Positions 39,085 through 52,855 of a DNA stretch of 64,000 bases are shown here, piece by piece. The translations under genes were made by a program, and so were the position numbers. Position 1 is the first letter of the stretch; every line of letters begins with the position of its first letter. The notes beneath the pieces are model-generated. The model was not told where the DNA came from, did no database searches, and saw only the letters and a list, made by a program, of their open reading frames with translations. This DNA comes from Lingula anatina (Eukaryota > Animalia > Brachiopoda): positions 22,032,534-22,096,533 of the forward strand of contig CM120644.1 of assembly GCA_051362555.1 (NCBI GenBank), given 5' to 3'.

Positions 39085-40050
39085 ATGACCAACGTCGTAC
39101 AGAGTTTCTCTGAGTTTTTCGCAACCCTTGGTTTGCCGACTGTTTTGATATTCGTGACAGTGTTGTTGTTAAGTATGTGGATGCTGTCGTACAGCAATTC
39201 TCGGGTGAACTGGCCACCCGGACCTGTCTGTTTCCCCGTGGTGGGATGTCTCCCTCAGCTGATGATCAGCGGTAGAAGACGACAACCGACAGATCTTCTT
39301 CCATGGTATGATACATACGGAGATATCATGCACATCAAACTTGGTGAACAACACATGATAATGCTGGGCACATATGAGCTGATAGAAGAGGCTTTCGTGA
39401 AAAATGCAGCAACAGTCAGTGCTAGGCCTACCTGGGCATATTTTATAAGACGATTAGTCGGAAAAGACGGTAAATAAAGAGATTTCAACTTTTATGCAAG
39501 TTAGATTTCTTGTATTAGCATAATATGTAGGGCACGGGTTAGTAAACAACCTGATATTGTTTGGTTTTGCTCGTCATACTTTTAATGACGATCGATAGAG
39601 AAGGACGTACCCCCACCCCCCAATCCACCAAATCCAACATTGGTACATTCTCCCACAATTATTTATGAACACACGAAAGTGAACGGCATGAAGTCCACAC
39701 CGCATGGCCTGATATCTTTTATGTAGATGTAGGCCATGTCAACTTCGATTTTTCCATATAGCAACTGAAACAATTTCTCATCATTTAGATTTTTTTCGAG
39801 GTCCTGATTACTTAATTATGCCTGTAAGTTTCGGAGCAAAGGGGGTGGGGCTGTGAGGTGGGGTGGGGGTGTGAGGAGGGGGTGGGATGTTGAGGAGGGG
39901 GTGGGGTGTGAGGTGGGGTGGGGGTGTGAGGAGGGGGTGGATGTTGAGGAGGGGGCGGGGTGATGAGGAGGGGCGTGGGCTGTGAGGAGGAGGTGGCGTT
40001 GGGGAGCAGATGAAGCTTGCACGATGTAGTAGTTAAACATTTCGACACCT

Positions 40051-40088
<38 letters not shown>

Positions 40089-43000
40089 AAGAGAGAGAGA
40101 GAAAGTGTATGTGTTTGTGTGATTATGTGCGTGTGTGCGCATTTGTGCGTGTGTGCGATTGTGTGTGCGTGTCTGTGTGTGTGTTTGTATGCGTGTGTGT
40201 GATTGTGCGTGTCAGTGTGAGTGATTGGATGTGAGTGTGTCATTATGTGTGTGTGTATGTGCGTTTCGCTCCATCTCTATTTTCCTGTTTGATTTTGTTA
40301 TTAGTAGTTACATCTCAGAATAGTACTTTGAAAGAACGCCTCATAAATTATATTCAGAAAGACAAAGTCTACCGCAAGTTATGTCAGATTTACTATATAT
40401 GTAATTGATATATTAACAATAAACATACACTTTACTTTTCAGATTAAAAGGAAACAAAATATTCCATTAACAACAGGACAATCAGTAAACTACAAAAATG
40501 CGTCTTTACAAAATACCCGTATCAACATACTGCACATTTTGACTTTCTCGCGTAAATTAAATGGTATTGAAATTACCAAATGTGTTTTGGATACTCCAAA
40601 AATTATATTTTCAAGGCTCTAAATTATATTATTCTCGTCTCCAAATTTTATATATATACCTGTTTTAAAAGAAAAAATGCAGCCGACCTTCCCTTCCCTT
40701 CTGTTACATATCAAAACAAAATTCGATTTGGAAAAATATCTATCTCAAAAGAATCTTCAGTTATGCCATTTCCTTACAGAGTGGAGAACCTGGGATTCTA
40801 TCTTTGTGGACGGGTTCAGAGAGAAAAGGCGTAAATTGTACAGACAACACATCCGTATAGAGAGGATTTGGGTAATTAGCTCGTAAAATATTTTAATTAT
40901 ATGTAAACTGCAGGTGCTGGAGTTGTCTTTAAAAACGGACATGCATGGAAGGAGCTAAGGAGATTCACGCTCTCGTCTCTTCGAGATTTCGGCCTTGGGA
41001 GAAAAAGTTTAGAAGAAAAAATTCAAGATGAGGCCAGATACTTGGTTCAAAACATTGAAGATGAAAATGGAAAGGCTTTCTCTCCCAGCGCCAGGATTGG
41101 GAAAGCAGTCAACAACATTATTTCTATCATTGTGTTCGGAGCTAGGTAAGTGAATAGCCACCCGGTGTCCATAACGCTGAGACTGTCACCTATTTTTGAA
41201 GAAGTTATAAAATATAAAACTCCCCACCTTTAAAGATTATGTGTTTTAACACCATCAAAACCTCAGCTAGAATATGAAGACTCTTGCTTTCGCCATACCA
41301 AAATCACATAATCAAACTAGCAAATTATTCTTTAGTCGATATGTGCAGATAATAAAAACACACCGAGAGAGCAGACGTCCGCCAAGAAATTCACACTAAT
41401 AAATTGTGGTAGTTGCAAACACATCCCACTAAACAAAGAACGTTTTTTAACGTTACCATAACATGTTTTTGTTATATAAACGTTTTGGTAACGTTATAAT
41501 AACATTCCGTATCCGTAGGACCATTGCACAGTGACCTAAGAGCACCTTTCGTGATTTTTTTAAAAATAAAACTCATTGGCCCTATCTCGCAAAGAAATCC
41601 TTCAAAATCCCTTGATCTAGATGAGGATCCAGAGCACCACCAAAATCTTGTCATCTTAAAGTTAGCCCACTTTTGAGCGTTCCCTAATCTTTAACCAACA
41701 TCCATCCTTCACCTTTTCAGTTAGGCTGGTGACAAGCAAACACACATACAACGGAGGAGAACACATTATTGAAAGTAATCATCTACGGAGTATGTGTACG
41801 GGGGTACCACCGGTACGCCGTGCATATTCAAGCAAAACAACTTAATAAGCCAACTTGAAAAAAAGTTCAACAACAGACCTTAAAAACGCATTGTTTGTCA
41901 GAAGTAAACATGAAATCCACATACAGATTATTTTACAGAGAGCATTCTAAAATACTTGCTATCTAAAACAGTAGGTAATTAGAGCCCTCTCTTAAAAAGA
42001 AAGCGACGTACATTTTATTTTCAACGATTTCAGACATGACTATAATAATATGCCCGAGATGCTGTCAGTGTTGGAGGAATACATGAGAATAGGTCAAGGA
42101 CCTCTGTCCCTCACTAACTTCGGCCGCTTCCTGATACCGGTAAACGTTGATTTTATCACCTTTATTTGCGTGGTTTGTCTTTTAACCCTCAATTTTAACC
42201 TTAATTTCATTCATTTACCTTGTTTTGTCATGTTAAAATGGTCCAGCCTGTAGTAAATCAAGTTATACGGTACCATTTGTAATTGACAATGAAGCGGTGT
42301 GGACACGTGCACATGAACATCCACTTAACAGTGCAGTAGAGCCTACCTACAGTGTACATGGACAATACTTATAAAACATTTGTGTAACAAAAATACTTGT
42401 AAGTACCATATGAAAGTATATGATTTGAGTCATGCAAAATTTATATAAACTCTTATTTTAGGAGAAGAAATTCGTCCTCAAAGACACATTTTATTGTTTG
42501 GTACGACAGGAAGTAGAACGACACCGTCATTCCTTTGATCCGACTGACATCCGGGACTTTATTGACCTCTATATAAAGGTCACTCAAGAGAAACTAGATC
42601 CAGAGATTTACACAGGTGTGTAACTAGTTTAACTTGTTTAACATTTTAAAAAAATGGCCAGTCAACAAACAGCCCTTACCTTAATTTGTCTTTAATTTTA
42701 AAACGCTGGAATTTTTTTGACAGTTGCCAGCTATTTCAAATTTTTAAATTGCATTAAATGTTTCCAACTAGTTATGAGATTCTTTTAGACATTTTTAGTG
42801 CATGGTTTTCCGAAATGGTGCTTTCAAGGTTTTTTCATATGCAAGGGTATATATTTCTTTGGAATTTGACGGCCATCTTGGATATATGAAGTTGCCAAAG
42901 GTTTCCAAAGTGACAACCAAGCTTAATTTGTTGAAGCTCTCCATGAGAGACCAACTCAAGAAAACTTCACAGGAACTAAAATTCATGTATGGTAGCATCC

Positions 43001-44436
43001 AGAGTGCCTTTTCGACTATAAGAGAAATATACATAATATTTTCAATCACTTTGACTTCTTCATTGGCGTACATTTCAGAAAGGAACGTGTTCCGAATCAT
43101 TGTTGATCTATATTTGGCTGGAACCGACACAACAGCTAATACTTTGAGATGGTCCCTGGTTCATATGGTAAATCACCCGGATGTACAGAAGAAGATGCAG
43201 CAGGAAATTGATCAGGTAACGACCCACAGTATAAATTAATAGGAGGGACAATCTGAGATAATCTTGTGTTCTTATTTCTTTATTCTGTATGCAATACGTT
43301 TGCTGGTTGTGCATCTGTCTGTATACAATATGTGCTTTATTTAAGGTCATAGGCCAAGGTCGTGTTGCCAAGATGGAGGACAAGGCCAGGATGCCATTCA
43401 CTGAAGCAACCATGCTGGAGGTCTTTCGCATGTCTCCTATTCGTAAGTAATTTTTTCAACTTTTGAAAAAATTTAATTTGGTTTATAACAGTGAACACCA
43501 TTTCCAAAATAAAAAAAAAACTAATTTAACAATAATGAAGAAACAACAGTGCTTGTTTAATAAAAAGTGCAAGTTGCATGTGTGATTTAAAATGCGATTT
43601 CAAGAAAATTTAGAGGTTTCTGGTATAATCTGTAGGTGGCAATAGGCCCCTTTTGGAAAGACTTGAGGAGGAGTTCGATACAACAGATTAAGTTTTATAA
43701 GCAAAGTTCGTAATTATTCTGCCTGCTGCGTTTACCACTATAGCTAAACTTGCAACCTTCTTGATTTTCGAGCGATTCCATCAAAATCTTATCTCTCTGT
43801 CTCTTGCTCAACTTAAAATTTATTTATTAAAAAAACATATTTATTCCGTATCATTAGTTTCCTTTGGTGTTCCCCATGCAACGAGCGAAACTACAATTTT
43901 GGCCGGTTACACCATTCCCAAAGACACCATAATACTGGGAGATTTGTACCGGGTTCTTCACGATAAGAATAACTTCGAGGATCCTTACAACTTCAAACCA
44001 GAAAGGTGGCTTGATGGCGATGGTAAATTGATCAAGTCGGACAAAATGATATCGTTTTCCATAGGTACGTTACTTAATATTAGACCTTCATGTTACCATG
44101 CAGTGGCACATTAGTGAAATCATTACTTATTTATGTCTATATAAACAACTAAACCTTGTCTATGTAAAGAAAATCAGAATTGCTTAAATCCGATCCATAA
44201 ATCTATGTATTTAAGTGTACATTAGCTCATTGTGATCGCTTATTTGTATTTCAGGGCCTCGTGTTTGTCTTGGTAAGGGCCTGGCTGAAATAGAATCGTT
44301 CATTTTTTTCACCACATTGCTTCAGAACTTCACCTTCAAGGTACCGGAGGGGGAGAACCCGCCCAGTGGAGTGGAGGGTCTGCATGCCATCACTTTCTCG
44401 CCACACGACTACAATGTGTGCGCAGTTAGGCGCTAG
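39085..44436 (+). CDS. Cytochrome P450, CYP2 clan, copy 6 (most divergent centre)
   Basis: Exons 39085-39469, 40914-41145, 42034-42139 (one codon shorter), 42462-42615, 43079-43215, 43346-43442, 43858-44064, 44255-44436. Core motifs intact. Confidence 0.92.
41360..41780 (-). mobile_element. Degenerate HINE-like copy (a similar relic lies at about 51290-51520)
   Basis: GAGAGAGCAGACGTCCGCCAAG resembles the reverse complement of the 3' end of the 29.2-kb element. The 41.6-kb and 51.4-kb regions share CACCAAAATCTTGTCA..AAAGT.AGCCCA. Confidence 0.55.
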
Positions 44437-45653
44437 AAATACCCGGACTAAAACGATAAACTGAATTTTAGTTTATAGAAAGCAGAATTTTACCCCATAC
44501 CTCACTTACTATAGATATCATTACATATACACCTTTGGTATTGAAATTATAAGCGCAAAACACAGGGGTCATTTTGAACTAATTTGATTGCAATTTATAC
44601 ATAAACTCCAGGAAACGTTAGACTGCGTATTTTTTTCTCCAAATTGCCACATTCAGTGTAGCTCGTAATATCTTAGGCAAAGTGCAAATAAATTCTTTGT
44701 TCAAACAAGTTGCAAAGTATTCGTTTTTTTATATCTTGCCCTGACTGTTAAATATGGAAGTCAGATATGTTATATAAAAACATATATACATGTACATGAT
44801 ACTGCCCTATCGAGTTGATAAAATGAGTTGTTAACTTAGCGAAAATGAAAAGATGAACAAAATGTGAAAGCAGATCTGTCCAGAAAACTGGAATATGAAG
44901 TGGTTTTTCACAATATGAAAAGCTATAGCTCAATTCTTGAAAGGTAAAAGTCAAAGAATATGTAAATGACGGTGTTTTCGAGGGGTTAAAGTTAGAAAAA
45001 AAGGACATTTTACATAATGGAAGTCGAAAGAAGACCTTTCGTCACAAAAAATTGATTAAAGATGTAAATAAATGAAAGGTTATGAAAGGTGTTGTTTGTG
45101 CAATGAATGAGATTCAAGTTGTCCTCTGTTTAAAAAAATCAAGATCTTATCAATTGGTTTTCGAGTTTGAACATCTTGTCCTCAGAATGGGCTTCTACTC
45201 ATCCGGGATATTTAAGAGAACTGCATAAAGACATCTGAATGCATACACGATATTCATCATGATTTTATGTATGGCATTGTTATTACTTAGCTAGTCTCTT
45301 ATATAAGATATGTAAGTACATATGCATGCTCTCAAGATCGTAGTTAGATTTGAGCAAGTAGTATTTTGTTAAACCTTGGGTTGAATTGACGGATAACTTT
45401 TGCGCCTGTTTTTAAAATCATTCCTTGAACTTTCGTGTGGAATCTCGCCATCTCTTCATGTTAAAAACATGGTTGCATAATACGCCTCTGCAGTAATACC
45501 TGCACGTACACACGTATACATTGCACATAAAGATGTCAGGAATAGATCTTGTTTCGTATGGTATACATGTATAATGTCTTACAGCGGTATACCGCTTATG
45601 CAATTCTAGCTCTTACAAAAACTGGAGAAGCTGCTGTTACTGTGGAATCCAAA

Positions 45654-45957
45654 ATGGCCAATGCCGTACAGAGTTCCTCTGAGTTTTTCCAAACCCTTGG
45701 TTTTCCGACAGTTTTGATATTCGTGATAGTGTTGTTGTTAAGTCTGTGGATGTTGTCGTCGAGGAATCCTCGGGTGAACTGGCCGCTCGGACCTTTCTGT
45801 TTCCTCGTGGTGGGATGTCTCCCTCAGCTGATGATCAGCGGTAAAAGACGACAACCGACAGATCTTCCATGGTATGATACATACGGAGATATCATGCACA
45901 TCAAACTTGGCGAACAACACATGATAATGCTGGGGACTTATGAGCCGATAGAAGAGG
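45654..45957 (+). pseudogene. Truncated CYP exon 1 (copy 7)
   Basis: Homologous promoter and exon 1, with PPGP>PLGP and a one-codon deletion (DLLP>DLP). Similarity stops abruptly after ..IEE; no donor site and no exons 2-7 recognised downstream. Confidence 0.88.
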
Positions 45958-48640
45958 GAAAGCTATCCAAATCTTTGTGTGCGATGGAAATTGTTACGCG
46001 TGACCAGCTTTCCTTTATGTAGCAGTGCGTTACGAATACTCAAGTTTAAATGAATATAAGAGCTGCCCCATTTTTCATTATGTAGATATTTTTATGAAAT
46101 CCACCTACTTAATTAAGTCTACATATAAATCAGTGTGGGGATGGGGGGTGAGCACGAAGCGGGTGAAGCGTGCACGATGTTATAGTAGTTGCAAGCAGTT
46201 CAGAAAAGCAATTCACGTTCTTGGAAAAAGGAAGATCTTTAGTAAACAAGAGAAGTCAACATCTAGCCATGTAGCTGCAAAATGCATATATCTGTGTTTA
46301 GGTTTCTTTCCTCTCTCTCTCACTCTCTCGTCGCAACTCTTCCTCTCGTGTTTGTGTATATTTGTCATGGTTCGTTTCATCTTAGTCACTGTCATTTACG
46401 TCACAAGAAAAACTAAGATAACCACAAGTCAAGTAAACATCGTATATGTAAAGCAGCAATAAGCGTACCAAGTCAGTCTCGTGAGCAAACCAAAATGGGT
46501 CTTGGACGTGTGAAGACAGTAGTTCCAAAAATGTCACTGTGGACTGGTGCAAAATAATTATAGATTTATTTATAAAGAATAACGTCAGACGCACTTCTTA
46601 CCGCTGTTGTGATTAGATATTGGCATATTTGTGCTTTGTGTTAACAACTGAAAACGGCCATTTTAAAACGATTGCTAAATACTCCGATTGAGACATCTTT
46701 GTCGATTAATTGATGAATTCATTTTAATAGCTCGATGCTGGAAAATCAACAATGGAGAAAAAGGCATTCCTAATTCAATGTGAATTCGGTATGACTATCA
46801 GTAAGACGCGGTGATGAAACAGAGCGAGATCTACTGTACGTGAGTGACTGACGTCATCTACGGGAAGGGAAATGTGCCGAAAAAATACCGGTAACAAACT
46901 CGTGTACGTACCAAAGGCGTCTGGCAGTGCCACGTCCTGGAAAGCTATACCGAATCCCCAAATATTGCAAATTTTAACTATCATTAAAACATGTGAGCTA
47001 ATTTTCTTAGCAGACTACCATTCAGGTGTGACAGTGATGGTAGTCCGCTTGGAAACGTAGTCCGTTTTCCGTTACTTAGTACAGGTGCATTCCATCCGAT
47101 ATACTAACCCCAATACTATGACAAATCTTAGCTTGTACTAATCATAAAGGGACCCTGGACTTCTATTTCTTGGACTACCTTTCCTGGCACACCAATAACA
47201 TCCTAAGAGCTTTGAACTGCGTCGTGCCGTGGCAACGCTCTGGTATATTTTCAACTAACATTAAAATATGATATATGTTCACATCACGTTTGCTGCCCAT
47301 ATCACTGATCAGACCCGTAGCTTGGCAGCCTATTATATGGAGCATATTTGGGGCAGGCAATCAATTCCAAGAAGGTCTAATTGATTATAAAGACCATGGT
47401 AATTGGCAGTGCATATAGCCAGAGTTAACGGAATATGAACACAGTTCCTGGAAATACATTTCATTCCCATATCAAACCCGTAGCTAAGCCACCTTTGGAA
47501 CATGTTTGAGGCAGGCCATTAATTCAGAATGTAACTAAAACCTCAGGTTCCAGCAGAACTTATTATGAATAATCGTAATTTATGTATTATGATTTATTCG
47601 TGTTATATGACAAACACATATACCTTAGTACATCTTTCACGTGTGAGTTAAATTACTGTCACGAGCGTTATATGCCAGAACGAGATGTTCGAAGCATATA
47701 TCTCGAGAGGCTGGCAGTTAATTATTTGATGTACATACCGAGAGAAGGTACTTGCATTTCACCAAAAAATGTTCTTTTGGCGGTGTTGTGTCTTTCATTT
47801 ACAGACTTGACATTTAACATGGAATATTTTTTCCAATTCATAATTCATCAGATTTTTTCCTATTTTGCTGACTGATAAATGAAAATAAGAATTAAAATCG
47901 TGTTTTAATAACTTTTGATAATCTTTTCAATGTCATTGTGACATTAGTTCATTAATTGAATTCGCCAGTGAAGCGTACAAAAATACATTGCTTATTTTGA
48001 ATCATGCGACAACCATTGAAAGCGATATTTTGGATCTCCATATTTTCCTAATTATTGTCTTTAGAAGAGTTACACGTCCCACAATGTGTCTTGTTGATAA
48101 AAGAAAATAAGAGGTATTTAACTGTATTTTAAATTCAAAATGAGCATTGAACACTTTCCTTAGGAGAGAAAACGAGATGAGTTAAAACACGTGCCAAGCC
48201 TTTTCAACATGATGTGCATAAAGAGTTCTCGGAATTTTCTCAATACTTTTCAGTGATATAACCTTGGTGGTACCTCATTACCTGTCGTTTGTTTATGAAG
48301 ATATTTTGTATTTCTGAAGAAATTTTCGATTTATCCCGTAATGGGTTTCACTGTCACTGCGTGTATACGCTAGACATAAAGCAGTCGAAGTATTCAGGCT
48401 CGCGCCCCACTCACCCCCTCCTTCAAATAAAAAAATTAGTAGGATTCGATGAACGAATGGTTTGGATTTTAAAAAGCCTTTAAAAAGGTAGTCTATGATT
48501 AAAAAAATTAAGAAAAGGAAGAAGAAAAATTTGTTCTGCAGTGATAAATTTATTCAGGGAAATCTGCTGTGTAAGCATAATTAGCCAATTGGAGTACAAC
48601 TAGTACATTAGGACGTTATTTCCACTGAAGTGGAAAGGAC

Positions 48641-51600
48641 TCAAATAACCAAGCATGGAGTAGACAAAGCCAAATTGGCTTCACTGACACCCGTAAGTTT
48701 TCCAGGCAATGCGTACTGTATGATGTGTATATTGGCGTAGTTGACAACCTGGGCAGAGGGTGAGCTGATAGTCCCGTCATCTCTGAGGACCTGCAACCAG
48801 GCAGCCACGGCACCGGTCACAAATGGAGCTGCCATGGAGGTGCCGCTCATTATAGTATATTTATCGTTTCCAGAGAAGTCAGCAGCTTCAATACCCTCAC
48901 CCGGGGCGTAAAGATCTACGCAAGATCCATGGTTACTAAAACTAGCCTTTTCAAAGCCCTTATTAAACGCTGCGACAGTGAGGGCATTGGCCGTGCTGGC
49001 TGGAGAGTAATCGCAAGCGTTGTCATTGGCATTACCTGCTGAAACAATTGCGGGGATTCCCGCTGCGAGTAGATCATCGACTGCGTCGTTCAGAGACCTG
49101 ATGAACGGCGCACCAATACTGAAGTTAATAACGGAGAGGCGCCCAGAGCTTTGCACTCTTTGTTTTGCCCACAGACAAGCATTCAATATATCGGAAAGAG
49201 GGCATCCATAATTTGAACAAATCTTCAGGGAAATGATGTTAGCACTCTTTGCCACGCCTGAATTGGTTCCCCCGATGATACTGGCCACGTGGGTACCGTG
49301 ACCATGGTCGTCAACACTTGTAGATGTCGGCCAGCCTGAAAAAAATAATAATAAAAAATAAATCAATCATTTTCATGTGATAAACCTTAAACTGATCAAT
49401 GTTGAACTTCTTTCATTTGACTTGACTAGCAAGGAGCATGAAGGTGTCTCATTTCGGTTGAATATTCCGTAAACTGAGCAATTGTACAAACTTGGTCCAA
49501 ATATAACTATCTTGTACTATAAAAACGCACATTTGAGATGTATAATAGCAGTTGTATTTTAACTATATTTTATGAGGAGCTATCATATTGCCGAAGAGAC
49601 ATGTACAACATCCCCATTTCAATGCAACATTAAGAGAATCCTGATTTCCCAATCTTCACAATGGGGAGATATATTCACTCTCTGAGGATGCCGTTTTCTT
49701 TTTAAATCCTAGTAATGCTTGCATGAGCTGTCGTTGAACGTAAGACCGCCGTGCTCCCTTTTTGGCCCCCTTTTGCTACTCAGGTGTTCTTTTGCTGCAA
49801 CGCTGCAGCTAATCAGACTGTAACTCACCAACGGTAACTCTCCCCGAGAAATCTTCATGGTTTGGATTGATGCCTGTGTCTGCCACATATACATCTATTC
49901 CCTCTCCATCTCCCCAGATGTTGTATTCATAATTGTATTGATCACCATCAAGGGCATCCAACCCCTGCAAGTAAGGGAATGACTGCAATCAACAAATTCT
50001 TACATAAGGAATTTTCCAGATATGTACAGTTCTTGTACAGTCTTGCCAGAAAATATATGGAAAATGCAAAAAGATCACCGTGTTGAAAATAAATAGATGG
50101 AAAACAGCTTCGTTAAACCAGACCACAAGATTTTAGAGAGGACAATATAAAGATACTGACTGTCAATGAAAACGCATCATTTATCTATCAAATAATATAT
50201 TAAGTTCTTTTGGAACATTAAGAAAATAACAGTTTTCGGGTGAAATATGTGAAATGTGAAATAGTGGTCAGCCCACTCTCTTATGACCAAACAAGTGCAT
50301 TGGTTCTCGTTTATATGGTTGGAATCGATTCTCGGTAAAAAAAAAAGGACAAGAAAGTTTTCTGATGCGTTTTCACTGACTGTCAGTATATGTTTGGTTG
50401 CTGGACAGTTTTGAGATAGACACTACACTCGTGAAAAGCAAATTAAATGCACCCTTAACTTCAAACATTTCTCAGATGTATGACAAAGAGTATAGGACTT
50501 TAACCTTTTAAGTATGTTACCAATAGTCAAAAAGATTCATACATTTAGAAAAGTTTGTTGACTTCGTGACCGAAAGTGAACTGCTTTTAGAAATCAGTAT
50601 AATCAACATACCAAAATGTTATTGGAATTAAAACATATGAAGCCTTTAAGTTATAAGGTCTATCTTTCTGCATTAACATCAGCATTAACATACCCAATAA
50701 TGTCTTCCAGAAAACCATGACATATAGGATTTGCAGTATTCAGTGTTTAGTTTTAACTTAACATCCTGTTCAATTTCCGCAATGACATTGGTGAGTTGTC
50801 GCAGGGCGTGGAGGTTGCTTAAACATTATTAAACATACTCATAAATACAGTAATAGATTTCAAGAAGGTATATTTCAAATATGAAATTATTAATTGATGA
50901 CCAATGCGTATTTTAAATATTTTCTCCTTATTATTTTTTTTTTATTTGCTTTTTAGCCCAAAGTGTTATTTGATCAGTAGTTTATAGTTAAGACGATGGC
51001 AAAATATTTTATATATCTACAAAACAAAATTTTACAAATGTGTAGAAACGAATGAAAAACAAACTGTTAAGAATGCGCTGTGTTCAACCTTTTACTTATG
51101 TTTCGCAGAATGACGAAATCCTTGTCTTTATTAAACTTAACTTGTTGTCTTCGTCCAGCTCCTTTGATGATTCTACGTACTAGATAAATAAAATTGTTTC
51201 TTGTAAATGGTTTACATAATAAATCCATTTAAGGCTAGATAAAGCAGAGATGGTTCGGGACCCAAGCCCATATTAGAAAATACTACAAATGTACCCAGAG
51301 AACACTGAACTTCGCCAGGATTAATAATTAACTAATAATCAACCATTAGTTAATGGATGGACCATCACCAAAATCTTGTCACTTTAAAGTAAGCCCATTT
51401 TGACCTATCCTGATTATCTCATCAAAATCCGTCCATGCATTTTTGCGTTAAGTTGCGAACAAACTACCAAACTAACAAAAGCAAAAAAAACATAACCTTC
51501 TTGGTCATAAGGAGGTCATAAAGCACAGTGTGAGAGCTGGAAAAATGCCCCCTGCTAAGATTCGAAATTAAAGAGTTGTACTTCCCATCAACCAAAAAAA

Positions 51601-52855
51601 ATAGATCACAAACTTTTACTGAACATTGTTTACGCCACAAAAAGCAAAAGTTTCAGAACAAACATGGTTCAGCTTCAGCTTGTTTTATTTTTTCCACTGG
51701 TGCTTGCTTGCAGCGTCTCAGCGTCAACGGCGTTTGGTTTGAATTGACCACCACAACCACAAATGCCAGACGACCTTAATGTCCTCTCCCGTTGCCCTGC
51801 GATCCAGTAAAATTAAATACACATTCAGATATAATTATAGGAACAAAGTGACTGGTACACGTAGGGCCAAAAGTATTCAATTTCATTGGCAAAGGATATA
51901 GTTGCATACGTTTACTTACTTCGACCGTAGTTTGCACCGGGCAGAAGTCGAGCAATGTAATGCCCTGACACAGAACCATTCATGTACTCAACAAGTGACA
52001 CTGTGGGAGATATGAATAAGAATGAATCAGCCATTGTTAAAATACTCCTTTGCGCTTTAGTTTGAGTGCATTTTTATAATCACTCAACGATATATAGGCC
52101 TCTTTTTGGTCACTTATAATGCTCTATAGTTCAAAGTGCACGGTTGAGCCCTCTTTACAATAGACGGCGTCCTTTCTGCGTCCAGCAGTACGGCCATATT
52201 TGAGCATTCATTCTGATACAAAATCAATACTCGTTCCTCCTTATTAAGACCACAGTGATGCCAAATTTCATGGTCGCAGAAAGGACGCAGAAAGTGTAAA
52301 AGGGTATAACTGATCAAATAATGTTTGCCATGTAAGATGTCTTCATGTTGTGTATTAATCAAATTATCTTGCTGTGAATTTATTTTCTCTACATTTGGTA
52401 AAACGTATTTTATATTCTGAAACGTTTTAATTGTCAAGTGTTAAATATATCGACAATCAAATGAACAAATCTATATGTTGCCTTTCCTTCATACGGGTAC
52501 ATTGACAGAAAAATCGGTGTTATTTAACAAATAGAGCATGAGCAACGTGAAAAGTTTATTATAAAATTTCTTCCACTATGTTGTGGGATAACGCCTCGCA
52601 TTTCAAAATCAAAGACTCCACATTTTGTGCAGTTAGTCACCAATTCTACTTGCCTAAGCCTTGTTCTTTTGACACTCTTAATACACCAGCATCTTGCAAC
52701 TTTTTTCGAATGGTTCTGTGGTCCCATTTTTTCCTTGCCTGTGCCTCGGGTGCATCTCCAGGTGTAATGTTGTACCCCTCCTCCCCTCTCTGATCTGCAA
52801 CTGTCATTGTAAACAGCCAGAAAGCCAAAACACCTATCATCGCCGATGCCTGCAT
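48641..52855 (-). CDS. Secreted subtilisin-like serine protease, S8A proteinase K-like, about 415 aa prepro-enzyme
   Basis: Proposed exons 52855-52654 (signal peptide, GC donor GCAAGT), 51179-51089, 50817-50694 (..EIEQD..HYW), 49964-49829 (GLDALD..VYVADTGI, catalytic Asp), 49335-48641 (HGHGTHVA, SAGN, GTSMAAP). The catalytic exons are firm; the first two exons are less certain. Confidence 0.88.
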
